Positions 36,701-51,700 of a stretch of DNA of 64,000 nt are shown here, one piece after another (within the stretch, counting starts at the first letter, position 1; every line of letters begins with the position of its first letter). The notes under the pieces are model-generated. The model saw only the letters and a program-made list of their open reading frames with translations, did no database searches and had not been told where the DNA came from. The position numbers and the translations under genes were made by a program. The stretch covers positions 357,182,001 through 357,246,000 of the forward strand of contig OZ024741.1 of assembly GCA_964016885.1 (NCBI GenBank). Direction: 5' to 3'. This DNA comes from Eledone cirrhosa (lineage: Eukaryota).

Positions 36701-39700
36701 TTCTCAACTATGCCTTCCAGTGGGTCCCGTCAGAAGCAACCATCTCCAATTGATCTGCAGTTTCCATCTACAAAATCTCAGCCACAATGAATTGGTCAAC
36801 CCAACAGCTATAATAGAAGACATTTGCCCAAGGTGTCACACAAGGTGACAACCCAAATCCATGTGGGTGTAAAGAAAACTCCTTAACCACACAGCTATGA
36901 GACAAAACAAAAATCTTATATAACAAAGAAGAATTCTATCACTGACTTTTGTTCTCATTCCCTTAAAGTGTGTGGATATTCCAGTTCTAGATAAAAATAG
37001 ATCAATACACATCTCACTACTTCATGATGAATTCCAAGAAAATTCCGCCCTCTAAAGATGAATAACAGACAACAAAGTCGTTAGCTCATCAGATAGAATG
37101 CATTGCATTATTTGTTCTAGCTCGGTGGATTGGCAGTATCGGTAGAGGGTCGGGCGCCATGCTTTCCAGTATAGTTACGTCCCTTTATGATCTGAGTTCA
37201 AATCCCGCCGAGGTTGACTTTGCCTTTCATCCTTACGGGGTCGATAAAATAAAGTACCAGTAATGCACTGGGTAATTGCTGGCCTTGTGCCTAAAGTAGA
37301 AACAATTATTTGTTCTAGCTCCCTGTGCTTCAAGTGTAACCTCTTCAATGCCGTAGATGAGAGAACTCATCTTAAAATGTTTGCATTCCAGACGAGATGA
37401 CTCATCCAAACATGTTTGAACTCTTTTCTAACAGTTCATAACTTCAAAGTTTTGAACTCATTTCCAAAAGTTCATAACTTCAAAGCTAGATGGAGTTACT
37501 AGTTTATTGATGTGATATTTGTCAATCATTTAGATATCTATGGCCCCACTCGGTCACGAATGACCATGGTTTTGCACCTAGAAAGTTTCCCTCTGAGGCA
37601 CAAGCCTGGGCAAGGTTTGTTTTGTGGAAGACCAGTAGTTGCCCATGCATACCAGTCTCCCCTCTCCACACCACCGATGTTGTCCAAGGGAAAAGCAATG
37701 ACCAATACAGCTTGGCACCAGTGACGTTGCAACTCATTTCTACAGCTAAGAAAACCGGAGCAACGTGAAATAAAGTGTCTTGCTCAAGGACACAACGCAT
37801 CACCCAGTCCAAGAAACATTCAGATATGTGTTGTTAATAAATGTTTGTTTAGAAAAATAGTCATTTTACTGAAAAAAAACCCAGCACAGTAACTGTAGCT
37901 GTGTAAAATATATGCAGCAAGTCAACAGTTTAAATCTTGTCAATGTTAACTTTGCCATTCGTTCTTTTGAGGGTTAATAAATAAATTCCTAGTCCAGAGT
38001 GACAGATTGGTGGAATTGTTAGACAAGATGTCTTTGTTCTGTTTTTTTTCTGTTCTGAAACGTCAACTTTGCCGTACATCCTTTTGAGATTGATAAAATA
38101 ATGGATTGGTGGGATTGTTAGCTCATCAGATGTCTCTGCTCTGTCTTGGATTTTTGCATTTTAAGTTCAAATTCTACCTAGGTTTCAATAGCTAGGGCTA
38201 ATCACTCAAACCCTAATTGCCAAACATTGGTGGACAGGTAGTCATATAACTAGCACAGATAACCCAGCAATAGTGTACTGAGGCTTTCATCCAGTGGTGG
38301 ATTGACAATGGTTGAAGGATGTACATGAAGTTAAATACCACCAACACCGCCATCACCTTCTTCATCATCATCGTCGTCGCTGCTGCCGCCATCACCATCA
38401 TCATCATCATCATGATTTTACATTTGCTTTCCATGTTGGCATTGTTGGATGGATCATCATGGCACAAGTCAGGTGGTTGTGATCTAAAGCAGTTCTTATT
38501 CACAAAGTTACTGCCCTCCTAAACAGGTATATGGTATGAATAGAAAATTTAACTTTAGTTTGAGTGTCTGTGTGATTTGTATGTACCATTCACTATTGAA
38601 GGATCAGTCTGCCTCGTTGTCCTGGCCAACAAGATGAAGAAAATATTACCCTGGAGGATGGTGAGAGAGACGCACTGGAGAAGCCAGTCCACCTCACGGA
38701 GCTTGCAGTTGCAGGTAGCCAACTCCGCCCCAATAACAGTGAGTAGGGATGAGGTCTGGGGGCCAAGGACACCAGAAGTTTCCACTGCCACAAGCTTGAC
38801 CATAAACCTATCAGTGAGTAGCTGATACTTTGACAGTTTACCCTCTTCAGCCTGGTAAGCAGCAAAGTCTGGGCTGATAACCAAACACATCATGTTGCCA
38901 GTGGAGAAGGTGTTGCGACATGTGACATCGCAGATCTACCCCCATGGAATAGGAAAATTGTCATGCTCTCTGGTCTTTTGCCATTTTCTCAGTCCAGCCC
39001 CACTGACTCAAGCTAGGAGGGAAGCCTGTGTCATCCAGGCCATGTTTAATAATCTTGGCGATAGTAATATGGTGTGGAAGACAACCAGCATTATAATTGC
39101 ATGACAGTAGGTGGAGACTGAAAGAATCTTCATGGGGATCACATCATGCTTACACATTCCAAATTTTAGAATGGTTTCTATGGCTGGATACTGTTCATAA
39201 CAATAACCACTTTAGTTTATTTTATTGTTATTTTTTAAAATCAGAATCATTGAAACAACTCGAATCATATATCCAGGAGAAGTGCACAACAGGGATTTCA
39301 ACTTTAACACTGTTGACAATTTTATGGAAAATGTTGCAAATGTAAGTTTATTTCCAATGACTTTCTTCAATTTCAGATGTTTAACATAATTCAGTATTAA
39401 CAAAACAAGAGGGTGGCAGAATGTCAGGCAGATGCTTAGCAGTATTTGTTTTGGTGCTTTACATTCTGAGTTTGAATCCTGTCAAGGTCAACTTTGCTTT
39501 TCATCCTTCTAGGATCGATAAAATAATATACCAATAAAGAACTAGGGTCAATGCAATTGACTTTCCTCTCTCCACAAAAAACACTGGATAGGATATTTTG
39601 TGGTATTCAGTTTGACTCTCTGTAGTCTGAATTCAAACCCCTACTAAGGTTAAATTTGCCTTTCATCCCTTCACGATCAATAAAATAAAGTATCAGTCAT

Positions 39701-42700
39701 GTATTGGGATTGATTTAATTGGATTTCCCATTCCAGTCAAATTACTGGCCCTGTCCCTAAAGTAGAAATCATTATTAACAAAACAAATAAAGAAAAATCA
39801 ATCAATAGTAGCTCTTTCTGAACTGTAAAGTTCAATAACAGATGTCGAATTGGCAGAGTCATTAGTACATCGGATGGAATATTTTGCAGTGTTTATTCTG
39901 GCTTTCTACATTGTCTACTGTCTGTATCTCGTTTACGATAGGTACACTGGGTTTGTGCCAGGAAAGGCTTCTGAGTATAAACCAGTGCCTCAAAAAGGAC
40001 TTGATGAGAATGAAGACTATCATGGAGATCACAAGGCTAACCCCTGCTTTAGCAGGGAAAATAGCCATAAATGGGTTTTGTACAAGCTCTTTGTTGTGTT
40101 CTTGAACAAAAGTCTCAACTCTAGTTGCTGAAATGTTGTGCTTTTGGAAGAGATCACTTCAATGAAATGAACCTCCATCAGTTTTACAGGTTTTCAATCA
40201 ACAGAACAGCCTGCTCATTAAATTAACATGCAAGTGACTGAGCATTCCACCAGACATATGTACCCTTAAGCTATATTCAAGGATATTCAGCATAACCCAG
40301 TGTGTGATAAGGCTTTTGAATTGCAGGGACAAGTACAATATATTTGATGAGCTTCCAAACAGCTTCTGTCTACTCAATTTTATTCACAAGACTCTAAGGT
40401 GATGTCAAACCTCTGGAGATCTTCCTTAATCACATCCAATCATCTGGTGTGGGGCCTCTTCATCAAACAAAAGTAAGGCCCTGGTAGGATGATCTGGTGG
40501 GAGACAAAAGATATGCCTGTACTAGTGCATGCAGCAGATAGCTATAAGGCAGGAGGCTGCAGATTGATGTATGTGTGCATGCAACTCTTTGTTGGAAATG
40601 TGGTGGTACCATCTGATGTTCTTGATGGTCCTCTTGATGGCTCTGCTATTGAAGCCGTTGATTCTCTTTGTCAGGTCTTTGTAAAGGAGCCATATTTCTG
40701 CTTCATAGAGGAGAATGGAGAGGACAGACACATTGTAGATACAGAGCTCTTTCTTCCAAGAGATAGAGCAGCGGCGTCAAAGGGGCTTCCATAGGGAGTG
40801 CATGACCTTGGCAACTAGACTACATCTGCGATTGATCTCCAAGATCAGGTCTCCATCTTTATGTGGGAGATAGAAAATATGTTATTATGCCTCATGTACA
40901 CAGTGGTAATGCTGTGAATTTGATTCCCAGTGGTGCATTGTGTCTTTAAGCAAGACACTTCATTACATGTTGCTCCAATTCACTCAGCTGACAAAAGTGA
41001 GTTGTATCTAATTCGAAAGGGCAGCTTTGTCACAGAGTGTGTCTTGTTGAATCTTCCTGAGAATTACATTAAGGGTGCATGTATTTGTGTAATGCTCAGT
41101 CACTTGCATGTTAATTTCATGAACAAGTTGTTCCATTGTTTGAACTCCTGGAAAACTTATCATCAGAATTGGTTGAGGGCCAACATCCATAGTATCATAG
41201 CATTTTCTCTCATATTCTATTATGTTCTATTATAGGGTGAATATGTGGTCACCAGTAAATACCTTGGAGACTATTTTGGATTGAAAAGAGCCACATTAGA
41301 AAACCTTGCAGAAAACAGAAAAGCTTGTATAACTCATATGCGACTAGAGGTATGTTTCAATGTAAAGGAGAAATTTTATTACCATTATTATTATGATAAA
41401 ATAAAGTACCAGTAAAGTACTAGGGTTGATATGACCAACAAACACCTCCTTTCAGTACCTTTCTTGACTAAAGTTATGTCTGGTCTTGTATTTTCAAGAA
41501 CTCTATCTGTCTGGATTGTAAAGTCCAACAAGAGTTTCACAGTCTGATTTTCTAGGACCTTCTCTGGTTTGTGCTGATACCATTACTCAGTAGTTACAAA
41601 CACATATTTCTTGCATAAAGACCAATGGAGGTGTAAACATACTTTATCACAACACCTTTTATATTCCCTCTTCGTAAGCATGCCACAGGCTCTCACGATG
41701 TGTCATTTTCCCCTTCTTCCCACATAACTTACTCTTATTTATTTCATCTTGGTTATACATATTCCTTTTCGTGTTTGTGTTTAATGCTATAAATAAACTT
41801 TCTGTCTCTCTCTTAAGATCACCTTTTCTCAACCAATTCCATTAAGATCCGACTTTTACTTCCTATGTTTCTCTTTCAAATTGACCATGTCATTCCATAT
41901 TTTCCCTTGTGCTCAGTTTCTCTGTTTGTAATTTTTTTAACTTTCAATGGTTTCAATGCTTTTGGCAACATACATTAAAAGTTCTTCTTTACTACTGGCC
42001 AAATTCAAGTATACAGACCTGCATTCATTAGCTATACAGTCTTTCACAATAACAAATTCTCAACCCCCTACATTCCATGGTGTACATAGCCTTATGACAT
42101 TTGCTTTTGAGTGCAGTGCATCATTGTCAACCATTTTCTTTTGTTAGCCTATCCAACTTCTCTATCTCTTCTTTGGTTCAATTCAAAATAGCTGCCTCTA
42201 TATCTAATTAATGGCACAGCCCAGACACTGATAGTGGTAATCAAATTCTTCCCATTCAATTTCATTTTCATCTAACCTATTTAGATAGACACCCTTCACA
42301 TTTCCTTTCATCCTCTTATTTAGAACGTTGTCAAACTCCAAAATGCCCAGATGTTTGTACCCACTATCCTCAAGGACACCAATTGACTCTCCATCAGATT
42401 ATGCATCCAAAAAAATGCAAAGTGTTTATATATGTATGTGTATGTATATAACATTCATCCTGACCCTTTTTTTAGCAGGTTTTCTATGGTTAGGTGCCCT
42501 TCCTATCAACAAATACTTTACAGTGTACCATGTGCATTTATGATATAAATCACAAATAGTCAGGAGGTGATCATGTCTATGGAGTCAAACTCACTATCCT
42601 CTCCTCCCTCCAAAGCCGTAATGACATCTTCCTCAAACCAGCAGACAAGTCAGAGGCACTATGACAGCTTCGTAACACCCTCTTCTACCATCCCCTACCC

Positions 42701-45700
42701 TCTGATCCCACCCCTCAATACCAGCAACAAGTATCCTGATGATTTCTTACGAATGAAACAGTTTTAAAATAAAATAAAGATATCATCATCATCGTTTTTA
42801 CGTCCACTTTTCCACACTTGCATGAGTTGAACGAGTCCTTCTCAGCACAGCATCTCTCCACACATTGCAATCCTTTGTCATCACCTCTGTGAGTCTCAAT
42901 GATTTGAGGTCGGCTCTCACAACCTCTTCCCAGGTTTTTCTTAGTCTACTTCTATTGGGGCTTCCTTCCACCAAGATTTCTTGGCACTTCTTCACCCAAT
43001 TATCATTGTCCATGTGCATCATATGTCAAAACCAATGCAATCTTCTCTCTTGTATACCTCTTCAGATTCTTCTTAAACCCAGCTTCTCCTCAACTCATCC
43101 AAGCTCTGCCTTTCTCTCACTTACATTGCACATCTAATGGAGCAATTTTGCTTCATTTCTCTCCAGTCTACACATGTCCTCTGCAGTCACAGCCCATATT
43201 TCACTACCATGCAGTATCACACCTCGCACACAGGTGTCATACAGTTGTCCTTTTGTGGTCAATAGTGGGAGTAACCCTCTGAACTTTTTCCATCCAATCC
43301 TTATTCATGCTCTCAGAGCACCCTCCCCCATTTCTAATTATATTACCTAGATAGCAGAAGCAATCAACCACTTTTATGAGTCTTCCTCTGACTGGAGTAG
43401 GCTTACATCCACTAGCTGTCTTCCTCTTGGTTACCTCTGTATTTTCTACAAACAAAGATTGTAGTTCAATGAATATCAGTGGTATATATACTATACTTAA
43501 TATAAAATACAGGCAGGCATAAGGAAGGTCACCCAGACACACAAAACCTACCACATATTCTTGACCTAACTATGCACGGCATAAAAATTATTGAATAGGT
43601 ACACCATATCCCTGCATGCCGTAAAAAGCAATTAAAAGAGTTGGTCTCAAGAAGGGTATCTAGCTGTGAAACATTGCCTCAAAAAATCCCATCCAAATTG
43701 TGCCAGTTTGGAAAAGTCAACATAAAAATGATGATGATGATGAAGGTGATTATATATATGTATGTGTATATATATAGGTTTTAAATTTTTAAATTGTATG
43801 CTCTCACTTAAGAATTTGGAGTTGACCCTGATAAATATTATATATGAGTGATAATGGATTTGCTCTTGGGTTGAGCTAAAAACTGTGAGAAAAATACTCA
43901 ATTCCATTGTAGAGTGGGCAATTACTTTGTTATCGACCCTGAAAAGATGAATGGTATAGTTGATCTTGGTAGGATTTGTAGAGAGCCAGAACAAATATTA
44001 ATTTCAAATGAAGACACAATAGTGAATTGACAAGATGTGTCTTGGGATGAGATAGTGAGAATACATGCATCATCTCATCTTCTTTGCCTACTTATTCCTG
44101 GGAGGGTCATGGGGACAGAGTTCTCAGGCATACTTTGCAGAAGGTTCTAACAGAAGCCACCTTCTTCAATTGATCCAGCTGGATCCTCAAGTGAGACCAA
44201 CCAAACTCATGGATGTTATCCAACCATCTTACTTATGATCTACCTGGGTCTCCAGCCAGTTGACTTTGCCTGTTAAATCTGTCCAGTAATTGTTTCCTTA
44301 GACATTCTAAACCATATGTGCATAATCTCTACTACCTTAAACTCTTTTTACATCAAACCACCTGTCGTTCTGCAATACAAAACTGTTTATTTTAAAGTGC
44401 TTATATTTATCTACAAACTTTCCATAATAATTTTAATATATAAGAACCTTTGTTAAATTATGTTCCAAATACCAGCTTAATAATGAGAAAGTTGTATTAT
44501 TAATTCTTCTTCTTCACCATTTATTCCTGAGGGGAGAGTCCTCAAACATGCCTACTAGTGGGTCCTGTTAGAAGCAACCATTTCCAGTTGATATGGCTGG
44601 ATCCACAAGTGGGATCAGCCAAGCTCATGAATGTTATCCCACCATCTTGCTCAAGGTTTACACCTGGACCTCTTGTCGGTTCGTTTTGCCTGTAAAATCT
44701 GTTCAGCAATTCTTTCCTGAGACATTCTAACTACATGCCCGTAGTATCAGAGCTGTGACCTCTCAATTCGGAGAAGTAGTGGCTCTACCTAGAGAACTTT
44801 CTGATCTCTGAGCTATGCACCCTATCGAGTAACGTTACTCGAAAGACCCTTCAGAAGAACCTCATTTCTACCGTTTGTATTTGTGATCATATTCTTTTGA
44901 TCATTACCCAAGATTCATGTCCATAGGTAAGGGTTGGCAGGAATACCAGGAAGACAGCGAGTTTGGCTTTTACACCTACCTCCTTTCTTCTGATTACTGC
45001 ATCAGCTATTGCAATTCTTGCACTTAATTCAGCCTCCTGCCTTCCATCACCTCACTTATGAACATGGCCCTGAGATACTTGAACTTCTCCACTTGCTTCA
45101 GTGGCACTCCATTTATATGTAGAGTGCACTGCACAGGCTTCCTTGAGAGAATGAATGTCTCAGTGTACACAAAATTGATTTTCAATCTTGCCATGCAACA
45201 CTCAACAGCAAACCTATCAAGTGCATGTCAGAGATCACTTTCACTAAATAATACCATGTTGTCTGTAAATTTCAGCCAACTGATCCTACACTTGCTAGTC
45301 TTAATACCACTTTTAACCCGGCTGCACATGTCAATCCTGTTCATGAAGATTATGAACAGGAGAGGTGACAGCACACACCCTTGGTGGAATCTATCACTCA
45401 CATTGGATGGTTTCGACTTAACACCATTTGTTCAAACATAAATACTAGGGCATTTGTATAGAGACTTCAAGGCAACACGAAGCTGTCCATCAACCTTCCA
45501 CAGCAGATTCTGTGGAACAAAGTCATATGCCTTTGTGAGGTCTATGAAACAAGCTTATACCTCTTTGCAATACTCTCAAAATTTCTTGATGACCTGCTGC
45601 GGTGTTTGTCAGCTAACTTAGACGCGACAACAACCCTACATCTCTTTTCCTGACACTTAGCAATGACTTTACTGGAGAGGCTTAACAAGGAGATCCCTTT

Positions 45701-48700
45701 ATAATTGTAGCAATCTCTCATTGGGATTACCACTGCTAAGGTGCCTTTCCAGAGATCCAAGCCACCTAGCACACATGATTCAGCCTGAGAATACCTTCTC
45801 TATTTAAGGCTTGGGGCAAATTTCATCCTCCCTATTTGAGCTCTTTAATTGCTCTGGTAACTTCAGCCACTGAGTGAACAGCTGAAGCAGAAACAGCCTG
45901 TTTCAACATCCTCAATTTACTCAGGGAGTTCTCTGAATTTTTAATGTAATTTTATCTGCATCTATGTTCCTAACTTCTTTATCCATCAGTGCCTCCCACT
46001 TTATACTGTAGGTCAAGCTGAACCTACAAGTTTTGTGGGCTTCTTTGGCTTTAGCTAGTCTTAGGTTGCAGATAACTAGATGGTGGTCAGTTGACAGATC
46101 AGCTACTCTCTTAACATGAACATCCAGCAAAGAATCAGAGGCAATAACAAAATCAATTATTGATCTCTGGCTCTGATTCCCATTTGAAGAATGTATTGTA
46201 ATCTCCATCTAATGGTGATGAGCCTGCGACCTGTTCTGGATGTACAAAAGTTATGTATCCCGAGGCCCCAAAGAGAGTCTGGAAAGGAGCAAACATTTTA
46301 AATTCTTGATTATTTTAAAATTATAGGCTGTATCTTTTATTAGGAATATGGTAACAAAAGGGTTAAGTATCAGAGAGAACATATAGTGCAAGTGTTAAAG
46401 ATCTTTGACAAGGCACTGTATGATATCTAGTTTGATACCTCCCTTTTCTGTGATAAAATCCTTTTTGAATCAGATCATTGCCTTTCAAGACTTCTACAAT
46501 GATTAATAACTGTATATTTAATAATAGGGGTATATATGAAAGCATATGTATAATAAATGTATATGTCTCAGGACAGAATTCTCTCACCTCTTTCTGTTCA
46601 AACTGGCTGCTCATACTGATGTTAAGGTATTGTTCTCAAAATGAATAATATCAAAATCTCATAGATTCGATATTATGTGAGATAAAGCCTTTAACGTGAA
46701 AATACAATAGTAAATATAGAATAATGTAAATACTAAATGGTTAAGCTGTGTTCATGTCATGCTATGTTATTGCTACTGCTAATAATCTCTATATTTGTCC
46801 AACTCTTCCAAGCAGGGAAAAACAGACATTATATGATGAGAATAATATTTGAGTTTCTCAGAAATATGGTGCAACTAAGATGTCATTGAATAGATCACAC
46901 ATCCAATAATTTAGTTCATCAAAAGTCATTCAATTGACTCTTAACATCAAGTTATCCTAATGTTTAAATATATTTACTAGTGCACAGATTATTGTGAAAA
47001 TCTGCAGAAAACTAAAATAAAGACTTTAATTCTTAATGTGATGTAGCTGTTTTGTACTTTTCAAGAATGTCTTACTAGTGTGGTTTCATGTTAAGAGTTA
47101 ACTTTTAACATCCTTTTAGCAGAAAATATGTAAAACATTGATTAGTTGAAAAATGTTACTGTCTTAATTAGTGGACAAATCATAGTGAAAAACTGCAGTA
47201 AACTTAAGTAAAGACTACAATCATAATGTAGTTTTGTACTTTTCAAAAATGTCTTGCAAATGCAGCTTCATGTGGTTTATTACTTCAAATGTTTATATCT
47301 TTACTAATAGACAGATCATTGTAAAAATGTCAGTAAAGTAAAATAAAGACCTCAATTTTTATTGTGATGCAATCATAGTGCAGTTTTTTAACTTTTCGAG
47401 AATGTTTTGCTAATGTGGTTTCATGCAGTACAGGATGTTAGTATTTCACAAAAGATAGATTGCACAACTATGTTAAGAATTCTTAAGATCCATTACTATG
47501 ATTTCACTTCAGATTCCTTGAAGAAAAAATTTCAGTATATGATATAACCCTTTCATTACAACATTCCCAATGAAAAACAATGTCAACGATTTTCAAACCA
47601 TTTTGAAGAAAAAGAATTAAATGATTTAGAGAGATTAAATAATATAAGTTACTAGCGTTATTAAGTTGCTGTGTGGAACATAACTTAACAAAGGTTCTTG
47701 TATAAAATTATGATGGAAGATAAACATACACACTTTAAAACATAGTTTTGAATCATAGAACCAGAGGCAATTTCAGGTAGTTTGGTATCAAAATAGAGAC
47801 AGAATTATTGTGGAAATAACTCCAAAGTATAAAAGATAAAATCAATGCAACATTTTATTATTTTAAATTTATATTTAAGTCAATGGTATGTCTTCAAAAC
47901 ACTGTTCCAATGCCTCAGTTTATCCTAACTTTGCATACATCAGAAACAGCTCAATATGAATACATGAAGGCTTTAGGCATCTATTCTGAAACTGAAATAG
48001 CAAATGCTCTGGCAAGCCGAGAAGTTCTAATAGAATACAACCAAAATCACCCTGGTGCTTTCTGCTATGTCATTCCAACAGGTAATATTAAAATCTCTTA
48101 TCTTACTTTTGTGAAGAAACATGGCTTGGCAGTTAGAGTGTTGAACTTACAATCATGGGGTTGGGTTCAATTCCTGGACTTAGTGGTATGTTGTAGAACT
48201 TTATTTCACATTACTCCAATTCCCTCATCTGGAGAAAATGAGTTGCACCATCACTGATTCCAAGTTATTATGGCCTTTGCCTTTTCCTTGGACAATATCA
48301 GTGACATGGAAAAGGGAGACTGGCATGCTTCTCCTATCTAACTTTTAATATATTTTCTGTGTGTACCCAGTTTAGACTAGGTATACTGCACCACTGTGTG
48401 TCATAAGGGATTGGTGTTAAGAAGGGCATCTTGCTGTAAAACACTCCCTAAAAAAATGCTAGTTCAGTAGAGGCAGAATTGTTAAAGCATCAGAGAAGAT
48501 ACTTTACAGTATCTGTTTTGTTTCTGTGTTCTGACTTCAAATCCCGCCTCCTGTCACAGGAGAAACAGTGATGCTTCTACTAGCAGTTGCAACTGGCAGA
48601 TAGTATCAACAATGGAAACAGTTTCCTTGGTTTGATTCAACAATCCGTTTCTTTCCTTTTTCCACTGCATTTAAATAAACAGAAATAATTAAGCATCTTA

Positions 48701-51700
48701 TCTTTCAGACTCCTTGGAAATTGCTCATAAAAAACTGCAAGATTTTATTCGGCAATGGATATCATCTTCAGAAAATATTTATGATGAAAAACAAATGACC
48801 CAAAAGGAAAGGGAGGCAATCAGAACTGGAAACAGTTTGTTTATGGCTAAACAGAGAGGTTATGTAGTAAGTATTGTTACAGGTAGTCATCCATTAGATC
48901 AGAATTTCCTAAACTTTTTTTAACTATTGTCCTCCTTTTCGAAAATACATTTCGTTACCTCACTCCTGTAAAGTTTATAAAAAAATTTTATTTAGACATT
49001 TATTGAATAACTTAAGGTGAGTTTTTTTTTTTTTGTTTTGTTTTTTTTATGAGCAACTACTAATTTGTATTCTTTACCACTTTCCTCCACCCCTACTACC
49101 CAATTTGGAAGTTACTGCATTGGAACATTCATGGGCCATGAACTCCTGATGGAGTGCATCAGGAGTATTTCAACTTGGTGGAGCTCCTCCCTCTACAGAA
49201 TTTTTCCAGAGGAAAGAGAGAGAGATAGAGACATGACTGATATTTCCTTGCCCTTGAAAGGATGAAAGACAAGTTGATCTCTGTAGAATTTGAACTTAGA
49301 GCACAAAAAGCCTGAACAAATACCATAAAGTATTCTAACTGATATTCAAATGACCCTTGTATAAGAACACATATCTGGCTGTAAAAAAATTCTTTAAAAA
49401 AATACTGAAAACATGGTGCTGGATTGTTTCTGACTACAAGGTCATGGTTTAAGCTTTACTACGACTGTTCCATTGCATTCCTAGACAAGACATAATGTAA
49501 TAGTACTCTTGGTTTCATTCTGTAATAGGCACAGTTTTAAGGGTTCACATGTGTGTGAAATGCTCAGTTTCCTTTATGAGTGAAAGTTAGTTATCATTTT
49601 ACATGCATTTTTCCTAGCTTCATGGAGCATTGGGCAACCAAGAGTACAAAACTACCCATCCTGGACAAGATACCAGTTGGTCACAATGCTAACTCCCCAC
49701 TGCCATTGGTATTCATTTTCAGCTGAGTGAACTGAAGCTATGTAAAATGAAGTGCCTAGCTCAAGGATATGATGCATCACCCGATCTAGGAATGGAACCT
49801 AAGATCCAATAATCATCAGTTCAACACCCTAACCACTAGGTTCCTTTATAATCAATCCAATATATCAATTTGTTTAGAAGAAATATACTACTTAACTCTA
49901 AACGTCTTGTACTATATGAAACCATATTAACAAGATATTCTTAAAAGTACATAACAGCACTATGACTGCATCACATAAAAAAATAAAATTTTAATTTCCT
50001 ATAAATGTTCACAATGATATGTCTACTAGTAAAGATATTAAAACCATCTAAAGTTATTTTAGAAATGTTCTGCTAAATCATAGTTAATGTCTTTCATGAG
50101 AAATATGGTAATGAAAGAGTTACATAAAATTTTTTTTATTTAATCTAACTAAAATAAAATATGTATTACACCAAACACATTAAACAAAATAAAAAGAAAT
50201 ATTTTTATCAATAAATATTTTTACTAGTTAACTCATAAATTGAAATATTCAACAACAATATTTGTACATTTTTTTCTTTAAAAAAGGAAGAAGAGTCTGT
50301 AAGAAGACGCCAGCTTGATGCTCAACAAATAGTTAAGGCAATGATACCCTCAATCTATGATCAAATTGAAAGGTAAATGCATTATTTCATTTAGTAAAAC
50401 AAAGAGATATATGCATGGTGCTACCCCTAACAGGGGAAATGACCTTAAGACACTTGTGGCTGTAGTACAGATACAGGGAGGGTGGGAGGAAACTCCCTAT
50501 TTAAAAATGTTTATAACTTTACTAATTATCGATTGATTTCATAAAACATGTTTTATTTTGAACAGTATAATAGAAGTACAGTATAGTGTTAACCTTCAGC
50601 ATGCTAGAAATTTTTATGAATTGCTTCCCTTCACAGTGCAACATGTATTAAGGGGAGATTACTCTATCGTCAACTTCATGCGCCCTGTGTCCAGATTAAA
50701 ATTCTACATAGGCACTTGTTTGCAATATCAGGATGACAGGAAGTATGTGGGTCAGTACATGATAAATTCATTCCTCCAATTGAGTCAGTTTTTGGTTTTG
50801 AGCTACAAATTTCTTCCTTTGCTCACACCCATCAGAAAAAAATCGCATGGCATTAAGTCAGGGCTTCTTGCAGGCCATTCACGTGGACCACAACAACCCA
50901 GCCAATGTTAAACTCTCAAATAAACTAGGATGCCAAGGAAACCAGATCATTTTGAATCATTCATTGTGTAACACCACAAAGAGATAATAAAAAGCAATAC
51001 ATTTTAATATTTGCATTGGGGTTAAAGATTACAGTTGCGTTAAGTCAAATCTGCAACCCACTTTCAATTCCTTGCTAGAGCAATTTTAATTTTACTTACT
51101 ATTGGAACTGATGGAGAGTCATTCAACATTCCATGTTCCCTACTCCCATCCATATCCCTGATTTACTTTCCTTCTCTGACCCATGCCAGCATGGAAAGCC
51201 AGGAACACCTCACAATACACTGCCAAATGCAACTAACTCTCTTCAAAGCTACCTGCATGACCACGTTGTGTCCATCCCCACTCCTATCAATACCTCTCCA
51301 GTAGTGGTGCCATGATAAGAATGCCCCCAGCCCAGTCTGTCACAATAAATAACATCCAGTCAACCCTGTAAGATGGTGGTGCTGGAGTCACAATAAAATG
51401 CTCCCAGAACATGTTAAGTGGTTACCATTAGGAAGGGCATCCAATTGTAGAAACCAAGCCCAAAATAGAGCATACAAGCAAAATGCTGTCAATTTACTGT
51501 CTGTGACATCAACCTAACCCTTGAAAGCATGAAAAATAGATGTTAAATGATGATGGTTACATCACCAATGTCCTCGGAAACATCTCAACACTACTCCATC
51601 CCTATAAATCTAGAGCTCAGTGTCTATAACAATGCATGTTTTATTTCAGATCATCTAAAATAGAAGAAGAAACAGAAAAAGCACGCAGAGTTTCCAATAG

